DNA of 63,740 nucleotides, counting the filler, from Octopus bimaculoides (taxonomy: Eukaryota): the NCBI RefSeq assembly GCF_001194135.2. It is 7 parts of 7 records of this genome, joined end to end, with 100 filler letters (N's around TTAATTAATTAA, not from the genome) between each part and the next. Parts side by side here need not be neighbours in the genome. Positions count along the whole stretch, not along the records: positions 56,409 to 60,269 come from NC_068986.1; positions 60,370 to 62,454 come from NW_026400533.1; positions 62,555 to 63,740 come from NC_068992.1; 4 more parts are not named here. One strand, 5' to 3'. Within the stretch, counting starts at the first letter, position 1. Each line of letters begins with the position of its first letter. The notes beneath the pieces are model-generated. The model was not told the DNA's origin and did no database searches. It worked only from the letters and a program-made list of their open reading frames with translations. The translations under genes and the position numbers were made by a program. This document shows positions 59,230-63,740 of the stretch, in pieces.

Positions 59230-60130
59230 ACAATCTATGCTATCTCGATCCTCTGACCTTTATTTCTGGTAGCACATTCAGCCCCCTAATCTTGGCAAGA
59301 CGCAGGCTGCGTGAGCTAGGGATTAAGAAAATGTTGTCATTCTTCAAATTGGTTGTCGAGTTACATCTAGCTTCTTCTTCCGTCCCAAATCTCCTCATAA
59401 TTGTTCCAAACTTCTTTCCTCAGGTGATGTGGGTCTTTTGTTCCCACACGCGCCCAAGGCATTTTTGTACTTCGCTCTCAAGTGCGTTTTCTACCCGCCG
59501 AGACTTGATTCCGATGTAAAGGTATGTTAACGAGCATCTTGCGATATTTTCTATCACGTCCGATGGAGAGTTTAGACCTACCATTCTTCCATCTCTTTTT
59601 CCAATTTTTCTTGCCAATTTTAATGCTTCTTCATCTATGTGGAAACTTTCAATATTTCTCGCCGCTGAGGCAAAATATGCAGAGGCGATATTTGCGTTTT
59701 TATGTTTCATTTCTTTCGCGTTGTTGTTGCTGTTGTTGTGTTAGTGCTACTGCCGTTACTTTTGTTCTCGTTCTCGCCACCGAAAGTTTTGACGTTGTTT
59801 AGAGACGAAATATTTTTCGCCTCGGTGACGTCATTAAGTTTAGGCCATTCGCTATTGATATTCTCAAGTCTTTCCTTGTTCTCAAAATTTCTCGACACGG
59901 AGCGCGTTCCTTTATCGAACATTATGATGGCTTCTTTATCAGCCATCTTCAAAAATTATTTAAGCGCAGCCCCTGCAAAACAGGGGGTTTTTCTACGCAG
60001 TCCAGACAATCTCCGAAATGTAATGGTAACAATGAAAATGAAAAGGTGGGGCCTTAAGAATGCCGAAAAGCTTACAAACACTTTTTTTAACTTACTGGGC
60101 ACCAAATTTCCGTGATTTCACAGTATGGCG
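59230..60130 (-). mobile_element. Probable 5' UTR and ORF1 remnant of the same Tx1-type LINE
   Basis: Same strand, directly upstream of ORF2; broken ORF starting AAGATGG at 59946 (MADKEAIIMFDKG..). Assigned by position only. Confidence 0.45.
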
Positions 60131-60269
60131 GCCATAATAATAATAATAATAATGATAATAATAATTGCTCTCTCTCACTCAATAATAATAATAATGATAA
60201 TAATAATAATGATGATGATGATGATGATGATGATGATAATAATAATAATAATAATGATAATAATAATAA
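60125..60269. repeat. (TAA)n/(TGA)n array containing a 16-nt stub of family F 3' end
   Basis: tgctctctctcactc(aat)n at about 60165-60180 compared with the F end tgctcccccactc(aat)n. Confidence 0.7.
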
Positions 60270-60369
60270 NNNNNNNNNNNNNNNNNNNNNNNNNNNNNNN
60301 NNNNNNNNNNNNNTTAATTAATTAANNNNNNNNNNNNNNNNNNNNNNNNNNNNNNNNNNNNNNNNNNNN

Positions 60370-60402
<33 letters not shown>

Positions 60403-61043
60403 ACATATATAGACACAAAAATATAAAGCGAACTCACTTAGTCGCTAGGATCATGTTTTTACGTGTGTGCTGCTCAGTTGGATCTGTATACTGCCTGCAT
60501 GTGTATTCTGCACATTGCCTCGCCGGAAATTCTGTCTCACACAAATAACCGAAATCCCGAGCCAATCTTATTGCTTCTCCTGAAAACAAACAAAAATACT
60601 TGATAAGAAGTTGATCATTTGCAAGAAGAATTGAATTACAACTTAAACAAAAAGGAAGTTAAACTGCAATAAAAATCATTTGATCAAACATTCTCAACGT
60701 CTCGGAATTTCATTAACCCATTTTTATGTGTACGGTGTGTTTCATTCAACTGAAATATAAGGTTTTCTGCCACTTTCTGTGGTGTGTGCGCTTTGTGATT
60801 GAGTGTGTGTGTATGTGTACGTGTGTGTGCGCTTTGTGATTGTGTGTGTGTGTGTGTGAATGTCTGTATCTATATGTGTGTGTGTGTGAGTGAACGTGGA
60901 TGGAAGTATGATTCTGCATGTACATGCTTATAAATGTATGTACAGACAGAGACACACACATACACCCATATACGCTGCTGTGTAGATGCATGTTTTTATA
61001 TATGCATGTATGTGTATGTGTGTGTGTCTATACACATACATAA

Positions 61044-61076
<33 letters not shown>

Positions 61077-61909
61077 AATACATGCATGCGTACGGGTATA
61101 AGTAAATATAAGCATGTATATATATATATATANNNNNNNNNNNNNNNNNNNNNNNNNNNNNNNNNNNNNNNNNNNNNNNNNNNNNNNNNNNNNNNNNNNN
61201 NNNNNNNNNNNNNNNNNNNNNNNNNNNNNNNNNNNNNNNNNNNNNNNNNNNNNNNNNNNNNNNNNNNNNNNNNNNNNNNNNNNNNNNNNNNNNNNNNNNN
61301 NNNNNNNNNNNNNNNNNNNNNNNNNNNNNNNNNNNNNNNNNNNNNNNNNNNNNNNNNNNNNNNNNNNNNNNNNNNNNNNNNNNNNNNNNNNNNNNNNNNN
61401 NNNNNNNNNNNNNNNNNNNNNNNNNNNNNNNNNNNNNNNNNNNNNNNNNNNNNNNNNNNNNNNNNNNNNNNNNNNNNNNNNNNNNNNNNNNNNNNNNNNN
61501 NNNNNNNNNNNNNNNNNNNNNNNNNNNNNNNNNNNNNNNNNNNNNNNNNNNNNNNNNNNNNNNNNNNNNNNNNNNNNNNNNNNNNNNNNNNNNNNNNNNN
61601 NNNNNNNNNNNNNNNNNNNNNNNNNNNNNNNNNNNNNNNNNNNNNNNNNNNNNNNNNNNNNNNNNNNNNNNNNNNNNNNNNNNNNNNNNNNNNNNNNNNN
61701 NNNNNNNNNNNNNNNNNNNNNNNNNNNNNNNNNNNNNNNNNNNNNNNNNNNNNNNNNNNNNNNNNNNNNNNNNNNNNNNNNNNNNNNNNNNNNNNNNNNN
61801 NNNNNNNNNNNNNNNNNNNNNNNNNNNNNNNNNNNNNNNNNNNNNNNNNNNNNNNNNNNNNNNNNNNNNNNNNNNNNNNNNNNNNNNNNNNNNNNNNNNT
61901 ATATGATTG

Positions 61910-62090
61910 ACCGTTGACTGAACACTATTCAATTTTTTTTCTCCGTGTTTTTCTCCTTGTCTCCGTATTCTTTCTGTTGAAGAGCGTAGCTCGAAACGTC
62001 AAAGACTTTCCGTATTCCCGAGCGTCATACTAATATATACTTTTGTTATTTACACCACCTGTCCTCGTCTGTTGTTATTATTTGTATATT
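61910..62090 (+). repeat. Possible Penelope-like terminal-repeat relic
   Basis: T-rich segment with ttgaagagcgtagctcgaaacgtc (hammerhead-core-like); classification is inferred. Confidence 0.3.
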
Positions 62091-62422
62091 CTCCCATATA
62101 TATATATATATATACATATAATGACATTATAAATACTTAACACTTGATATTTAAATTATCGTTTGTTACATTGCATTGAAAAAATTCGCAATGAGAGAGC
62201 GTGATGAAGTATGAATTTGTATTGTGTCGTTTTTATATGTTGCTCCCGTTGTTAAATGTAAAGTCGAATTTCATTCAGCTGAGCTAAGGCAAACGCGACA
62301 TCGGCAGTATTTCTGCTCAAAGCGTGCAGACATACGAAATGATGATCATTATATCACGCGCAGTAACAATTCTGATACCTTGCCGACTAAATATTATTAT
62401 TGCTATCATATTATTATTATTA

Positions 62423-62454
<32 letters not shown>

Positions 62455-62619
62455 NNNNNNNNNNNNNNNNNNNNNNNNNNNNNNNNNNNNNNNNNNNNTT
62501 AATTAATTAANNNNNNNNNNNNNNNNNNNNNNNNNNNNNNNNNNNNNNNNNNNNTGGGGGGCGAGATTCTTCATTTTCATATATAGCATATAAACTAAAC
62601 ATTTATTCGTGAAAAATTT

Positions 62620-63400
62620 GCAATTATAGTCATTTCACGCAACCTATGTGGAAAACGACTGAATGAAACCGAACCACGAAAAGAAATTAACGATGCAGAA
62701 GCCCCAGTAAGTCTCAACGAACGTTTGACATAAAACTGGTTCACATGTTTGAAGGACGGATAACACTGTCCTCGAAGACTAATCAGGATCCGGGAGACCC
62801 CCCCCCCCCTCTTGTGGAAGAGAGGGTCTCCCGGACATATTGTCGGCAGAACGTGCTCTTTCAAAAAGCACCACACATCGATACGTCCCTAACTTCATTC
62901 CTGTGAACTGACTGTCTTGAAATGTTGCTTTTGAGCTGCCCAATGCCTTGGCTTAAGGATATGTGAACATTTGCTTACAACTACTGACAAATCCACGACA
63001 TACCTGTTTGTGGCACGGGATTGTAACACGAAATGAAAAAGTGGATCAGTTTTTTTATAATACTAATAAGGAAAATTAGTTTGTTTCGCTCGGTCGTGTT
63101 GTGTGTACGGTGGAATTTCGAGGGGGTCTTGCAATTAGAGCTTATCCCAGGTGCTGATACTATGAATCCTTATTCTTATGCTCAACAACTGCATCGTGCA
63201 TATGATGATTTCAAATACTACTACCCAGCATTGGTCGATAGACGACCCGGTCCCCTACACAGCTAAGCATCAGTACATTTGCCAATACGACCACGTGCAA
63301 GCATGGGGAATTTGAATGGTAAACTCAAGTCAGACATCTGCTTTAAGAAATTTGAGGAACTTGAATGCCTACCTTATGTCAGACCTTGCAAGAAAATTCA
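62620..63400 (+). mobile_element. Decayed mariner transposase
   Basis: KEINDAE..ERLT*NWFTCLKDG..LED*SGSGRP; GIVTRNEK-W; SVVLCVRWNFEGVLQLELIP..TMN..YAQQLHRAY..YYPALVDR; FKKFEELE. Confidence 0.75.
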
Positions 63401-63626
63401 TTTCTTTGCTGGGCGGGATTCACCAATATGACTGAGATTGAGAAAATGAGCAAAGTTTTTTGGCTCTCAGCCAAGCAAATGTTATAAGCGTGGAGGTTCT
63501 CTTCTGATGCAATAAGAACAGACAAAATAAAATGGGGATATGTTTTGATGAATAAACGCATTTCATATGTAATTTATTTGAACTATTGATTAAAGCTTGA
63601 AATACGAAAACATTTTTGACTCGTAA

Positions 63627-63664
<38 letters not shown>

Positions 63665-63740
63665 TCTCAAAGTATTATTATATCTATGCATTTGTATGTA
63701 TGCATAGGTATACATGCATACATACATAAATACAATCATA

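Overview
Eukaryotic, AT-rich, repeat-dominated draft-assembly window. About 10 kb is N, counted from the printed gaps. It includes six identical 100-bp artificial spacers (44 N + TTAATTAATTAA + 44 N) that probably join separate scaffolds. The SINE types, the mollusc-like 5S sequence and the extreme microsatellite load fit an octopus/coleoid cephalopod genome (inference). I found no intact host protein-coding gene: nearly all ORF-track entries are translated microsatellites or N runs. Recognisable content: (i) many tRNA-derived SINE copies in several modular families (labelled A, B, C-E, D here) and a (TAA)n-tailed retroposon (F); (ii) decayed transposon coding relics: a ~2.9 kb Helitron Rep/helicase, a second Helitron Rep fragment, R4/Dong-type REL LINE pieces, a Tx1/L1-type LINE, RTE pieces, a Penelope RT piece, a CRE-type C-terminus, four mariner fragments, a Tigger/pogo transposase and a 127-bp MITE; (iii) a 5S rRNA pseudogene. 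Best leads: a 5S copy directly upstream of a tRNA-SINE and head-to-head with a truncated R4-type LINE (43.7-45.1 kb); a stack of retroposon 3' ends inside (TAA)n (41.7-42.7 kb); a minimal hammerhead-ribozyme-like motif (50.46 kb); and an 84-nt near-perfect hairpin (3.5 kb). All family assignments come from hand translation and remembered motifs, not from database searches. Boundaries of decayed elements are approximate.
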